Counted from the stretch's first letter, positions 24,774 through 37,875 are shown. The stretch is DNA of 64,000 bases from Utricularia gibba (GCA_002189035.1 NEEC01000004.1:1798001-1862000), one strand, 5' to 3'. The notes: generated from the sequence alone by a model not told the origin. Program-made: numbers and translations.

Positions 24774-26303
24774 TCATTCAACGCGTGAGACGTTTACCTT
24801 CATCCCGTTTTCCATGGACAGAATCACTGAAGCCTGAGGTGAGATACGGTGACCCGGAACCACTTGAATCTCGAACCGGCTGACAACGGCGGCGGCCGCG
24901 ATTTTCAGCTGAATGAAAGAGACATCCTTCCCCAAGCAAGTCCTCGGCCCGGCATTGAACGCCGGAAACTTGAAAGCTGGCACGTTAATAATGGTTCCAC
25001 GATCGGAGATCCATCTCTCAGGCTTGAACTCGAGACAATCTTTACCCCAGATGGATTCCATTCTTCCCATGGAGAAAAATGATATCACGATCTTTCTGTT
25101 TGGCTCCACCTGGTGGCCGGTGGGCAGAGTATCGAGCACAAGGGGAGCTTTGTGGTTCAGGGCGACCGGAGGATACAGGCGAAGCGCCTCACAGAGAGCT
25201 GCTTGGAGATACACAAGATTTTTTAGCTCATCGAGGCTGGAAAATCTCCATTTTCCCGTGGGGCATGCTGTTGCTATTTCTTGCCGTATTTTTGCTTTCT
25301 TTTCAGGGTTCCTCTCGAGAAGCCATACGAACCAGGAAAGAGTAGTACTGATTGTATCTTTTCCGGCAACCAGAAAATTCAAGGTCGTATCTTTCCAAAG
25401 TTCTTCAGGAATTTTAACCGCTTCTTGATTTTCAGCGATAGCTCTCTTGTAACATGCGAACATGTCGTTGTCGTTTCCATTTCCTTGCTCGAGACGCAGC
25501 TGCGATTCCCGCAGACGGATGCAGTTCGAAATAAATGAGTGAACCGTTTCCTGAGCTTTCGACATCTTTTTCTCCGACCCGATTTGCAGAAACTTCTGTA
25601 GCCTCCAGACGGCTTCAGGGAGAACGTGCCTCTTCAGAATCGCCTCTTCAGCGTCATGAAAAGCTCTGACTACAGGAGCATCGCGCGAATCTTCGCTAAG
25701 AGAACGTGGGTCGTGGCCGAAGAGCATGAGAACAGTACAATCGAAGGCGAACCGCTGGAACACATCCTGCAAATCCAGCTTCTTTTCGTCTTCTATTTCC
25801 ACGGCTGATTCCAGGACTTGTAAGAGGTGAGAGTCCACCTTTTTCCAGGTGGTTTCAGCTACGAACTGCTGGAAACTCGTGTTCACCATGAAGAACTTGG
25901 CGGCTTTTCTCTGAATCTCCCATGATTCGTCTTCCGCCGCGAAGATTCCCTCGCCCAGAGCATCGAAGATCTTTTTGAATTCAGGGCCTTTGCCAAAGTT
26001 GCCGAAGTTTTTTGTGAGAATGTAATGAACGTTAGCAGGATCACCAGTGATCATCATGTCCAAGTTGGAGAACCAGGGTCCTTTAAACCAAAACGTGCCG
26101 CCGGATTCCTCCAAAACCTCCGTCACGAATTGATGGATCCGGTGCAAGTTCTTGAGCAACCCCGGAAGCATTCTGACGATCGGCCAATCTGTAAGCACAC
26201 ACTTTTTTCTCCAGATCCCAATGAAATCTGAGCAGGATTTCAATATCAATAACAGAAGAAGAAGAAAAGCAAGAGCCGAGTAAATATCTTCCTCGTAAGA
26301 CAT
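24774..26303 (-). CDS. Cytochrome P450, CYP86 clan, CYP96/MAH1-like, paralogue 2; intact, 509 aa, intronless
   Basis: Complete ORF with N-terminal anchor, WP hinge, AGKDT, EALR, PERW and FNAGPRTCLG. Confidence 0.95.
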   Translation of the reverse strand: MSYEEDIYSALAFLLLLLLILKSCSDFIGIWRKKCVLTDWPIVRMLPGLLKNLHRIHQFVTEVLEESGGTFWFKGPWFSNLDMMITGDPANVHYILTKNFGNFGKGPEFKKIFDALGEGIFAAEDESWEIQRKAAKFFMVNTSFQQFVAETTWKKVDSHLLQVLESAVEIEDEKKLDLQDVFQRFAFDCTVLMLFGHDPRSLSEDSRDAPVVRAFHDAEEAILKRHVLPEAVWRLQKFLQIGSEKKMSKAQETVHSFISNCIRLRESQLRLEQGNGNDNDMFACYKRAIAENQEAVKIPEELWKDTTLNFLVAGKDTISTTLSWFVWLLERNPEKKAKIRQEIATACPTGKWRFSSLDELKNLVYLQAALCEALRLYPPVALNHKAPLVLDTLPTGHQVEPNRKIVISFFSMGRMESIWGKDCLEFKPERWISDRGTIINVPAFKFPAFNAGPRTCLGKDVSFIQLKIAAAAVVSRFEIQVVPGHRISPQASVILSMENGMKVNVSRVE

Positions 26304-27370
26304 CTTAGACTTTGGGGAGTTCTCTTCATTTTTCGGTTTCTACATGAAGCTATTAAATAAAGAGAGAAATGTACTTCAGTGATGGGAAAAAGGTCTCTAT
26401 AAAGTTGCAGTCATTGAGTGGCCCTCAAACCGGAGAAGTGTCTAGTGTGTAGATCACCGAAATCACCACACGTTGCTTTTTCTTTTTGGTAATAATTAGG
26501 GTTTACTCACCAATCGTTGATCCATGGGAATGAGATAAAATGAATTTAATTTATTTGAATTTAAATAAAATTGATATATTTAGATTAAGTTTTAAGTAGT
26601 ATTTAGTTATTGGGATTAAAAGTGAAATTAATTGGTTTTAAGTAAAGGAAGAAAAAGATGTAATTTTAAATAAACCCACATATATGAGATTAAAAAAACC
26701 CATATAATTCCAGATTTATTTGAACCTATAAACTATACATCTTATAATTTATAATCTTAATTTTAAACCCATATAACCCCATAAACGAAACACACTCTAA
26801 AAGTGTTTTCTTCTTCAATGACATACAAAAAGATATATATCCTTCCCTCCCATCCCATCAACGTTAAAGTTTCAACGCAAGTTCAATTATCTTATTCGAT
26901 TGAGAGTTTTTTGTGTACTCTAGCGAAAGCTGAGGTTCAATGGATTGCCCTAAGTGAGAGTACGTGTGACGCAGAACCATTGTTTATATTTTTCTTGGGA
27001 CAGCCAATTGCTTTGGAAGAATTTGTCTTGAGAGTTCTCTTGCTATGGCAAACTCGAACTCCTCCGCAGTTCCCATGTCCCTCCATAGTGAGACAAACTT
27101 TTGTAACCCACTCAGATTAGTCTGTGCAGTGAAATTGCATGGGGAAGCCTGTGTGGGTTTTGCCAACACCTCAAATGCACCAACACACTACTATTTTGAA
27201 CCCTTCCGGAGATGCCGGAGGCCGAAAAGCACTGCCTGTGAGTGTCGACACTCCTATTCCCAAAGGGCGCTGTCCCAAGTAGATATGGTTGGACACCCTC
27301 TCTAAGGGCCCCAGCTCCTAACCAGACAGGCCTCTGCCATCGAGAAATGGGAACCTATCTTAGCAAGTTA

Positions 27371-27670
27371 GGGTGTATTGTGTGTAACTTAATAAACAAC
27401 TTCTAATTAATTCATAAATAGAGGTTATTGTACAAGTAGATGTAAAATAAGTAGAAGCAGTTTATTTGAAATTAATTAATTTACTTACTAAATAAGTCAC
27501 ATTTTCTCAACTTATGTGATAAGTAGGTGAAGTATTTAAAATTGGAATAAGTTAAGAATAAGTAGAAGTAGAAATTAAGTTTTAGAACAAATAAAAATAT
27601 TCTGTAAAACACTTAATTTTACTTTTATTTTAAGTTATAAGTTACAAAATAAGTTGCACATACTACACCC
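27371..27670. mobile_element. Tourist/PIF-Harbinger-type MITE
   Basis: 300 bp, AT-rich. Imperfect TIRs GGGTGTATTGTGTGTAACTT and AAGTTGCACATACTACACCC (16/20); TTA on both flanks. Confidence 0.75.
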
Positions 27671-29493
27671 TTAGTCTCAAATCCAAAGCCAGTCAGATGA
27701 TGAGCTTTTGCCCTAGACCACCACGCCAAAGCAAGAGAGCTGCTGGAAGGAAATAACTGGAAAAGAAGCCAAGTCGGCAAGTCGGGTGTAGGGCTGATGC
27801 AGCGTAAAATGTTCAGATTATCCTGCTTAACTGCCGCGATACAGTGCTGTAAGAAAGCCTTTTAGCGGACTATCCACCCTGCAATGACTGATGTCACACA
27901 GCGCACAAACATTGTACAAGGACTACTCATAAAACTAAATACATAAATAAAAAAACGTTGTACAAGTACATGCTTTCATTAAACAATGCCTAACTGATAA
28001 GAAAGGGGACGTCCTTTATGTTTTTTTTTTCTTTTTTTATTATTTTATTGTGAATATTTTTTTTACAAAGAATGTATATTGCTAGTTAATTATTCTAATA
28101 CTAACGACATGTGATAGTTTATTCCAAAGTATTTAGGTTCGCTCCGCACAGGGCTGACTCTATCTTTTCTCTTTGATCTGTCACGATCAGATGAATGATT
28201 GTTCTTGGTTGATGTCGAGTAGAGATGTTAATGGTTCCGGATAGTTTGGTTCCTATAATATGATTTCATGGTTCGGTTTGGAAACTAAAAAAAATAGAAA
28301 TCACAAAAATATGGTCAGGATTTTAATATTTTATAGTTTCAAATTGGAAAAATCGAATATTTGACAATTTGCTATTATATTAATATAATATCAATTATCA
28401 CATTTTTAAATTAATACAATAATTATTAATGATAAGGATTATGTCACTGTGAAAATGATGTTGCTACTATTTTTTATTATGTTTGAATGCCTTTGTAATA
28501 TACTAGCATTGCATTTTTGCTTTTCAAACTATTATTTTAGATTTTCAAATCTATTTTTCTTTTCCTTAGATGTGCATCAGATGATGGAGACTGATAATTG
28601 ATTTTATAGGAAGTTCATTGACGTAATATCAATTATCGGGTAAGAACTGAACTAGAACAGACCGGACCGGACCGGAACTATTTAGTAACCGATTCGATTA
28701 GGAACTGAAGATTCTGGTTCGATTCCAGATACTTGTATTATTTTTGAGCTTTGTCCGGTGCCAACTATTACATGATACCCGACTGAAGCCAGACCATCAA
28801 CATCTCTAATGTCGAGTTAAGTCTTACAAAATAGCATCTTCTGAAAACTCCAGGGCAGCACCGAGTGTGGCTTGAGGACGGGAGGGAGCTCTAGCCTCGA
28901 TCAATCAGCTTGTTTTCGCCCAGCGAGAGGTTGGGCGAAGAAAATAGGCCGTCGGTTTCTGAGCGTGACCGAACAATCGCAATCACCCAACCGATGGAAG
29001 ATGAAAAGGCATAATAAAAAGATCCCAAAATGGAAGAAAGAGGGGGTGCTTGGAATCACCAAAACGCCCATACTTCATCTCGGCTTCTTTTGTTCCTTTT
29101 TACGTGCTATTTTTCTTATCTTCTGGAATTTGCAAGACTTGCCATTCAAACTTCTTAGATATCGTTGATAATAGGGTATTAATATGTTTAATTATAGTAT
29201 ATTTGGATTTGTATATATTTAAGTGTAAATTATAGAACAAATTATAAGTATTTATGATTTTTAATACAAATTTACAGAAATATAAATACCTTTTCAAAAC
29301 CATTAATTTCCATTTAATAATAAATAGAAGTTGGCCAAGACACAGCCTAAACTGTTCTAATTTAATTTTTTTAATATGTGATTGATTTTATAACAAAACC
29401 ATTAATACAGATGTTGTGTACGGAATTAAAACACGTGACTTCGATTATTAATGCAACTGTAGTTCGCCTCCCCTAGTCAGGGCTTGACGGTTG

Positions 29494-31025
29494 CTACTCG
29501 TAGTCATCCACATTCACCTTCATTCCATTTTTCATGAGGATAATGACGGCAGGGCTTGGTGAAACACGATGCCCTTCAACCATCCGAATCTTGAAACGGC
29601 TGACCACCGCGGCGGCGGCGATTTTCAACTGAACGAAGGCTATTTCCTTCCCTAAGCAACTACGTGGCCCGGCGTTGAATGCTGGAAACGTGAAAGACGG
29701 CATATTCACGATGGTTCCGGTGTCGGAGATCCATCTCTCCGGCTTGAATTCAAGACAGTCCTCCCCCAGATGGACTCCATTCTTCCCATGGAGTAGAATG
29801 ATATCACTATCTTGGTATTCGCCTCCACGCGGTGGCCGGACGGGAGCGTGTCGGATTTAATCGGCGCCTTGTGGTTCAGGGCTATCGGAGGAAAGAGCCG
29901 TAGCGTTTCGCAGAGAGCGGCATGAAGATACACAAGATTCTTCAGCTTTTCCACGCTGGAGAACCTCCATTTTCCCTCTGGATAATTCGAAGCCACTTCC
30001 CGTCGGACTTTCTCTTCCTTTTGGGGGTTCTTCTCCAGGAGCCAGAAGAACCAGGAAAGAGTAGTGCTTATCGTATCCTTCCCGGCGAAGAGGAAATTCA
30101 AAGTGGCGTCCTTCCAGACGTTGTGAGGAATCTTCACCGCTTCATGATTCTCTTGAACGGCTCTCATGTAACATGCATACATGTCGTGATCTTTTTCCTG
30201 TGCAGTGCCTCTTGGAAGACGCAGCTTCTCCTCTTTCAACTTCATGCACTTCTCCATGAACTCACGAATAGTTTTCATGGCCTCCGTCATCCTCTTCTCA
30301 GCACCGAATTGAAGAAACTTCTGCAACTTCCACACCGCCACAGGAACGACGTGTCTGATCAACGCCACTTCTTCAGCATCGTTGAAAGCGCTCACTTCTG
30401 GAACATCACGCAAATCCATACTCAATGTTTGTGGGTCGTGTCCTAAAATCATGAGAACCGTGCAATCAAACCCTAACCGCTGAAAAACCTCCTGTAAATC
30501 GAAGTTGCTGCTAGTTCCGTGACCTCCATTTTTAACAGCGGATTCCAAAACCGGAAACAGGGCAGTTTCCACCTTTTTCCACGTGGTTTCCGCGACGAAG
30601 TGTTGGAAACTAGTATTCCCCATGAACAGCTTCGCCGCCTTCCTCTGGCTCTCCCATGACTTCCCCTCCGCCGCGAAGATCCCTTCACCCAGAACGTCAA
30701 AAATCCTCCTGAACTCAGGGCCCTTCCCAAAGTTGACGAAGTTCTTGTTAAGAATATAGTTGACGTTGGCCGGATCGGAGGTGACCACAATGTGCATTTT
30801 TATGAGCCAAGGACACGGGGATCTGAACACGTAGGTGCCGCCATAGGCCTCCATCACCTCAGTCAGGAACCGGTGGATCCGGTGGAGGTTCTGGAACAGC
30901 TTCACCACTGGCAACTCCTCCGCATTCTTCTTCCATTTTGCGATGAAATTCCTGCAGTAACTCAAGAGTACGGAGGCGAGTAGAAAAGCTAGGGCTGGGT
31001 AAATAGTTGCTGCTACGTAAGACAT
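29494..31025 (-). CDS. Cytochrome P450, CYP86 clan, CYP96/MAH1-like, paralogue 3; intronless, one -1 frameshift in a G run (C run 29763-29767 on +)
   Basis: ORFs 29706-31025 and 29494-29709 join into a full P450 with AGKDT, ETLR and FNAGPRSCLG. Adding one G restores IWGEDCLEFKPERW. Confidence 0.9.
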
Positions 31026-34000
31026 TGAAAAAAAAATTGAATCCCTCGGCCACCACGTAGGGATATTTAATAATGGACTGTCCTATGACTTCAGATTGTA
31101 GCAGTTGGGAATTAACTGCTCCATTCATTTCGAGATTCTGCATGGATTGCGAAAATATATAAACAGATGGTGAAAATATTACTTGGATTATTTTGAAAAT
31201 AACGATAATAACAACACAGAATTTAAAGAATCACCCCTTTTTTTAAATGTATTTGAATAAAACTAAATTAATATTAAATACAAACTAAATTAATTAAATC
31301 ATATATATATATATATATAATAAAAAACATAAAAATTATGTTCGATCACAATCCAGTAGGCTTAGTCACACTCAATAATTGGGATCGAGGGTTTTGAATT
31401 GCGCATGTGACTAGTGACCGCGATTTTGAAGCGGAGCCCACAGATACGTTCCTAGGTGAATGTGAAATGTTTGTCGTTTTGTCGCAACAACCATTTAACG
31501 CACACCTAAACCATACCAACTACCTGGCCATGTGTTTTATGTCATGGTTCACCATAACTGTCATTTGTGCAAAAACAATCACCGACATGACAAGATTCTT
31601 TTTTTTTTCAGAAAACTGGCACCCCAGAAAAACACAGAAAAAAAACACAAATCATCAGGTAATTTGAGGTTTTCCGTACACAAGCGTACGGACTTCATTC
31701 GTCTCATTATTGGGATGAATTAAAAATTTGGGCATATGTCAGACATTGCATGAAAAAATGACAACTTTGTGTATTTTTTTTTGTTTTAGTATATGATATA
31801 TAATGTAATATGAGATAATTTTATAAATGACCCTCCTATTATTGTGACTTGTGAGGCGTCGCCATCACGTTAAATGTGTGGGAGAAGCGATGGAAATATC
31901 GTCTGGCCAAAAGAGGAAAGACAACTGTCCACAACGTGCTTTCCATTTTTGAAAACTATGAAGGTGAATAATGTAGAGCAATAACGTTTATTTCGCAACT
32001 CTTTTTTCTTTCTAACCAAATACAAAACATGCAACTAGTGCAAATCATGTTCGAACAAATCCTGAGATAAATTAAATACCGTAGCCATTGTGTTGGAGCG
32101 GTTTCGGACCAAAAATTGGAGCTGGGCGGACCGGAAAACTATTTTTCTTTTTGTTTGTGTTATTAAATGGAAGAGGTGTTCCAACTGCCCCCTGCATTCG
32201 TGTACTTGGGATAAGGACCAATAACTGCCCATGCTTTATCATTCAAACGTCACTTGCCCGCCAAATAAATGCTGTCCTCTCATCTCATTTCTCAAGTAAG
32301 GAACGTGAGTTTATTACACACTACTGTAATATTTCTTTCAAACATCAGGGTTCGTGCTTATGGTTGCAGTAACTGGTATCTCCGTACGCTTAAAATTGGT
32401 GCAGCTTTGAATTACTACACGCTTTCTACTGTTGGCGGTGCGAAGCGAAAGCACCCCATGAGAATGCAATACCCTTGCAATAAGTGTCGCTGGAGATGGG
32501 AGGAGAGGACAAAGGATCGGTCGCTCTCTTCAGAAAAAAAGTCATTTGTAACAGAGCTTCTTCGTTTAGGTTAGCTCAGAGGACGATTCCACAGAAAAAA
32601 AGTAATTTGCAACTAGTGCCATTCCAATGAGCTTCTAGTTCGATGAAGGCACTGGTGCCTGTCCTGTTGTAACTGCCTTTGCCTTCTTCATGCATGCAGC
32701 AGAATGTCACCGGGCTGATCCACCTCTTCAACGCGGGCCGCATTAATTTATAAGGCAGAGGCCCAATAGATTCTTCGGTTTGGAGATGGAGTCTGCTTGG
32801 ACTTGAGCTCAGTGACAACTGCCCGCATACCATGGAGACTGGGTATTTGTCATGAAAATGTATTGGGCCAGGAGGGAGCCCGAAAATATTTGGGCGATAC
32901 ATCTTATGTATATTAACTAAGAGTAAAATAAGATCATTAAAATTATGTATATTGATAATTTAAATCATCTTTAGGTTGTGTGTATAACAAATAAAAATAT
33001 AAAATATAAAATATGTAAAATCAAAATATTGATATTTTTTATTATTTGTTGATGATAAAAAGTCATAAATATTTAATTCTGGATATAAAATTTAATTATA
33101 TTATTCAAAGTATTGAATGTATAGATTATGCATTTTTTAAATTACCAAAAATATTATTAATTTTCATTTGTATCTATTATTAACTTATAGGTTGTATATT
33201 TTCTAATAACTCCCATAATGAACATTTGACTTATTTGAAATGTTTGATTTTTTTATTCTAAAGAAACTCGATGTTATTTTAACTTTCAAAAAGATCTCTT
33301 GTGAAATTTTCAATAAGATATTATTTTTTCTTCTGACTGGTTTGTGGTTGAGTCGTTTGATCTGGTTTAGACATTTGTTGGTCTTGGGTAGTGTTTTAAA
33401 AACGGATTCAATTTATCATCGTGATTATTCTTAAGTTGGGTTGAACTTTTTTTTATAATGGGTTGAATTCTTTTTAGCTATATTTTAATATGAATATATT
33501 ATAAAAAAATAAATATAATTATGTAAATTTAATGTTTTTAAATTCCAGAATTTTTTTACTTTTTTTAATAAAAAGTATTGAACTCGAATTCAAAAAATTA
33601 TGAGATAAGATTGAATCGGATCGAACTTTATTCATCCTTAAAACATTGGTAAAGCATGTGTTTTGGTAAAGGAGGGGTTGTTTGACCATGAGATTTAAAT
33701 ATTCTGAAAATATTTTAATATAGATATTTACATAAGAAAATAAATATATGGATGAGATTAAAGCTATAGTCCATGCAATTTTTTCGTAACTTCTACTTAA
33801 GTTATAAGTAAAAATTATTAGATAAGTAGATGGAAACTAAATAGTAATGATTTGCAATGTCCACTATTTAAACATAAGTTATATTTAAATAGTTGAAGGT
33901 AAACTATAAATAAGTATAAGTAGATTATAAATTATGTTTATACCTTTATTTTTAAGAGTAAACTAAGATAAGTTAACAAACTAAATCTAAAGAGATTCAG

Positions 34001-35190
34001 TTCATCCGAAAATTCCTGAGAGTCTTTTAAGATTGGATTTAGATTTTAGGAAAACAATTTTATAATCAATTGAGTATAAAGAATGAGAAAGAATGAAGAT
34101 GAGAGAAAATAAAACTGAATCGAGCAATGCTATTCTCTATAGAGGGTAGGATTTGGAAATTTCTAAATAAGTTGTTGCTTGTGGAAATAAATAGCATTTT
34201 GGTGATTTATAAAATAAGTCAACAAATAAGTTGATTATAATTTAAAATATAATAAGCGTATAATTTATACGATTTATTTCATAATTTCTACTTAATTAAT
34301 ATATAGAATTTATTAGATAAATAGAATCTAAATAATTAGTTGTGGTCTGTACAATTTATTATATATTCACCAAGAAATAAATGTATTTTGCTCTTGCTCA
34401 AATGTGGTATAATGGAGGTGAACTCATTTGTTGGAAAAGTTGATGAATTATTTAAATAAGTAGGACAAACAATTTATAATGTAAGTTGGGTTTTAAGTTG
34501 AAATGTAGTCAAATTTAAAATAAATAGAAGTTAAGTAAAATTTTGAGTATGAATTACAGATAGATAAAATCTAAGATAATATATAATGAATAATTTTAAC
34601 TTATATTTTAAGTAAAAATATGTATAGTGAATAAGTAAAAATGGAAGTGAAATTTGAAAAAAAAAAGTAAAAGTTGGAGTAGTGTATAGAACGGTTTTTA
34701 ACTTTTAATTTAAATCATAAATAAAAAATAAGTCATACATGGTGTAGACTAAATATTTGATTGATAAATTAGAAATATGATGAAAATGTGTTTCAAATGT
34801 TTAAAATATGTAAATTTTATCTAAGATATTAAACTCTAATATCAATTATTCATAAATCTTATTATATAAACATGAAATTTTAATATATTTATTAATATTT
34901 TCCATGTAATACTATTTACCAAATATAGGGGAAGTGCATATCACCAATTCTGAAAAGCAAAATTGAATTAAGCGGAAATATATTGTTGGGAGGGAAACTA
35001 GAAATTCAAATATAGGAAATTAATAAAACAAAATAAATAATGTCGCCGTAGGATTCGACACTCGCTCACGCTCAGCTGGCTCTGGCTCTGCGCCCTTCTG
35101 ACCGAATTGACATAAAACAAAAAAACCAAATTCAGAATTCCGAATTTCAACGTGCTGCTCGATTCTCACTCACTCAACGCGACGCGGGAG

Positions 35191-37346
35191 ATGGCGAATG
35201 CCGGCGGCGATGGGAGTCGGGATGCGCGGCCGAACCTCGATCTGCCGGATGAAATTCTGTCTGTGATACCTACGGATCCGTACGATCAGTTGGATCTGGC
35301 TCGTAAGATCACATCCATGGCGATAGCTTCACGTGTTACTAAGCTGGAGATGGAGTCGGAAGAGCTCAGGCAGAGGCTCTGTGAGAAGGATAGGGTGATT
35401 GAGGAACTGGAGAATAAGGTGTCGCGGTTAGAGGGGAGAACCAAGAAACTGTGCTGCGACTGAAAGTTACTCGCGAGGAGAATGTGGGTTTTTGATTTCG
35501 AATCGCATTTAGGTAATTGTTTTGTTAGACTTGAAGGTTGGTTAAGACCTGGGATTTGGGTTGCAGATGAAGCTGTGGAAGGAGAGGGATAATTTAGCCT
35601 TGACTGTAAAAAAACTCAGTCGCGACTTGACTAAGGTATTTACTTTCTGCATTTCATTTTGAAGAATGACGTGATTCCGAGATTGTGAATCATTAGGAAC
35701 CCGGCTAATTGTTTCGATGTTTCTTCGAATATTAGAAGTAAAAAGAAAGTGTGGAAGTGTTCTAAAGGTTTATAAAGCGGACTTCAGAATTTTTAGGTTA
35801 TTTCTAGATTATCAATTTTGTGAAAAAAGTTTGGAACATTACTTTAAACATGCCATCATGGTAGCTTCTAGGTTTCAGTTTCCTTCCCCTTCATCTGCTA
35901 TGGGTTTATATTTTGATGGAAGTTTCTAACATTGTTCATTCTACAGCTAGAGACCTTTAAACGCCAATTGATGCAGTCGCTGAATGAAGATAGCTCATCT
36001 GTATGGTTTCCATATGGCATTTTCGTATTTTAGTTTTGAATTCGTGAAGAAGATAGGTAGTAGACTGTTTTCATCGATGCTAAGTCTAAATTACCTTATT
36101 TTGCGCCAACTGGCAGAATGAAACTGTAGAGATTGGCACTTGTGATCAATCAGCGCCAGAGACAAATTCAGTATTTGGTAATTTTCGTATCCTCAAGATT
36201 TGTATATGCCGCATCCTTACCTTTAAATATCTGCTAGGCATTTGCGTCTCATACTTTTGCTTTTGCTTTTGCGGTTCTTTTTGACCTTCACTGCTTGACC
36301 GATTTTGTTTCTTCTTATGTAACTTAGATGAGTCTATTAGCTTAATGAGGTATCGGCCATATAATGGATCTGACAGCATTGCAAGTAGTTGAACATAAAA
36401 GCAGTTTGTTATTCCATCTAATTCCATGTTTGTGGTATGCAAGCAATGGTTGAAGTTATTTTTGGTTCAGCGTCTAAGCAGGCCGAGCAAAAATATTCCA
36501 TCATGCCATATGGCATGACCCCACGACTCACTCCTACTGGAACTCCAAATACCATGTCAACAAATGCATCGCCAAGAAAGTATTCTGCTGCTGTCTCTCC
36601 TCAGAAAGCTTCCGGTGCTACTTCCCCAAAAGCCCATCCCGAGGGGAGGGTAGGCTCATTTTCATCATTTTTCCCATCCAGCCAGCAGTCATCAGCCGCC
36701 AATTCGCCTCCCCGGGGACGCCAGATTCCAGGTACACAAATTACTGCAATGCTGATATCTTAACCTTCTGCTTATTCCCAAGTTGTGTCAAGGCTGCATC
36801 GTTAAATGAAATTTAATGCACTTGTGATTGGACTGTCTGAAAGCATTTTCTGCCGCTGCTGCTACTGATTCTGGATTTGTTCTTGTGAATTTGGTGTTGA
36901 TGAACCTTAGGACGCACTGCTAGAGTTGATGGAAAGGAGTTCTTCCGTCAAGCAAGGTGATGCACCACTTTTTAAATCATGTTGACCACAACCAGTCTGA
37001 GCAGCGATCTGTATTTGAGGGTTCTTTTGTTGATCAAAGCAGGAGTCGTTTATCGCTAGAACAGTTCAGTGCGTTTCTGGGTAACGTGAAAGAATTAAAT
37101 GCACAACGGCAGTCCCGTGAGGTATCAAATAAATTTATCCGAAGCATAACCATCTTTTTTCAAAGACCACCCACATCCATATGTTTTCCTGATTACATGG
37201 ATATCTATTTCCTTGTTTTCACTGACGCGTGACCCTGAATCTCTTCTTTCCAGCTAACATTGAAAAAAGCAGAAGAGATTTTTGGGCCAGAAAACAAGGA
37301 TCTCTTTCTGTCGTTCCAAGGACTGCTTAGCCGCAACGCCCGCTGA
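35191..37346 (+). CDS. At4g15545-like / NAI2-interacting protein (NAIP) family, ~9 exons; one -1 frameshift in a G run (35433-35436)
   Basis: LPDEILSVIPTDPYDQLDLARKITSMAIASRV N-terminus, coiled coil, SQQSSAANSPP, and C-terminal DGKEFFRQARSRLS...FQGLL. Exons are bounded by GT-AG (e.g. 35567-35635, 35947-36000). Confidence 0.85.
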
Positions 37347-37875
37347 GACAAGGAAGGCCTTCATGTTTCTAGCCGATGTTTGCAACTGGTAACTTTCTTC
37401 AACTGCCCCTCCCTCCATTCCTGGAGTCGACGTAGCTAGACGCAGTCATTTGGATATGGTGTTCCTTTCATGTAATCCCGTTGCTGCAAGTTGAGAGGGG
37501 TGAGAGGCACCAGGATTCCATTTTTATGTAGTGTTGCATCAGAACGACAACGAAGCTCCTTTTCTTTTGTGCTCCACGTCTCTTTTGGTTCATTTAATTA
37601 GCCATGTTCTGTTAATCACTCCACAGATCTTGTCTTGATGCCTAATAAATTTTATTTTATTTTATTTTTTTGGTATCAAAATATTTGTTGGTCATTAAAT
37701 TTTAATATAATGCAATTACAAAATTTACAAAAAAATAGGATGAACTTTCTTCCTAAAGGAAAAAATGAAGACGGATAAGCCGTACTTGTCAACCCCCAGT
37801 CCGGCTAATCTCTTCTCATCCTACGAGCTCTCAGCGCTTCTTTCTTTACGGTTTCTTCAGCGTTGAAGGGCCGAC

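Noticed and set aside
24849-26231. Many 60-170 aa ORFs overlapping the P450s on the opposite strand or in other frames (also 11003-12302 and 29675-30983)
   Set aside because: Shadow ORFs produced by GC-rich P450 codon usage; no independent motifs.
26803-27350. LINE RT, kinase or NBS-like snippets (LREGVQPYLL, EFAIARE, GVGKT)
   Set aside because: Isolated short matches in different frames pointing to different families.
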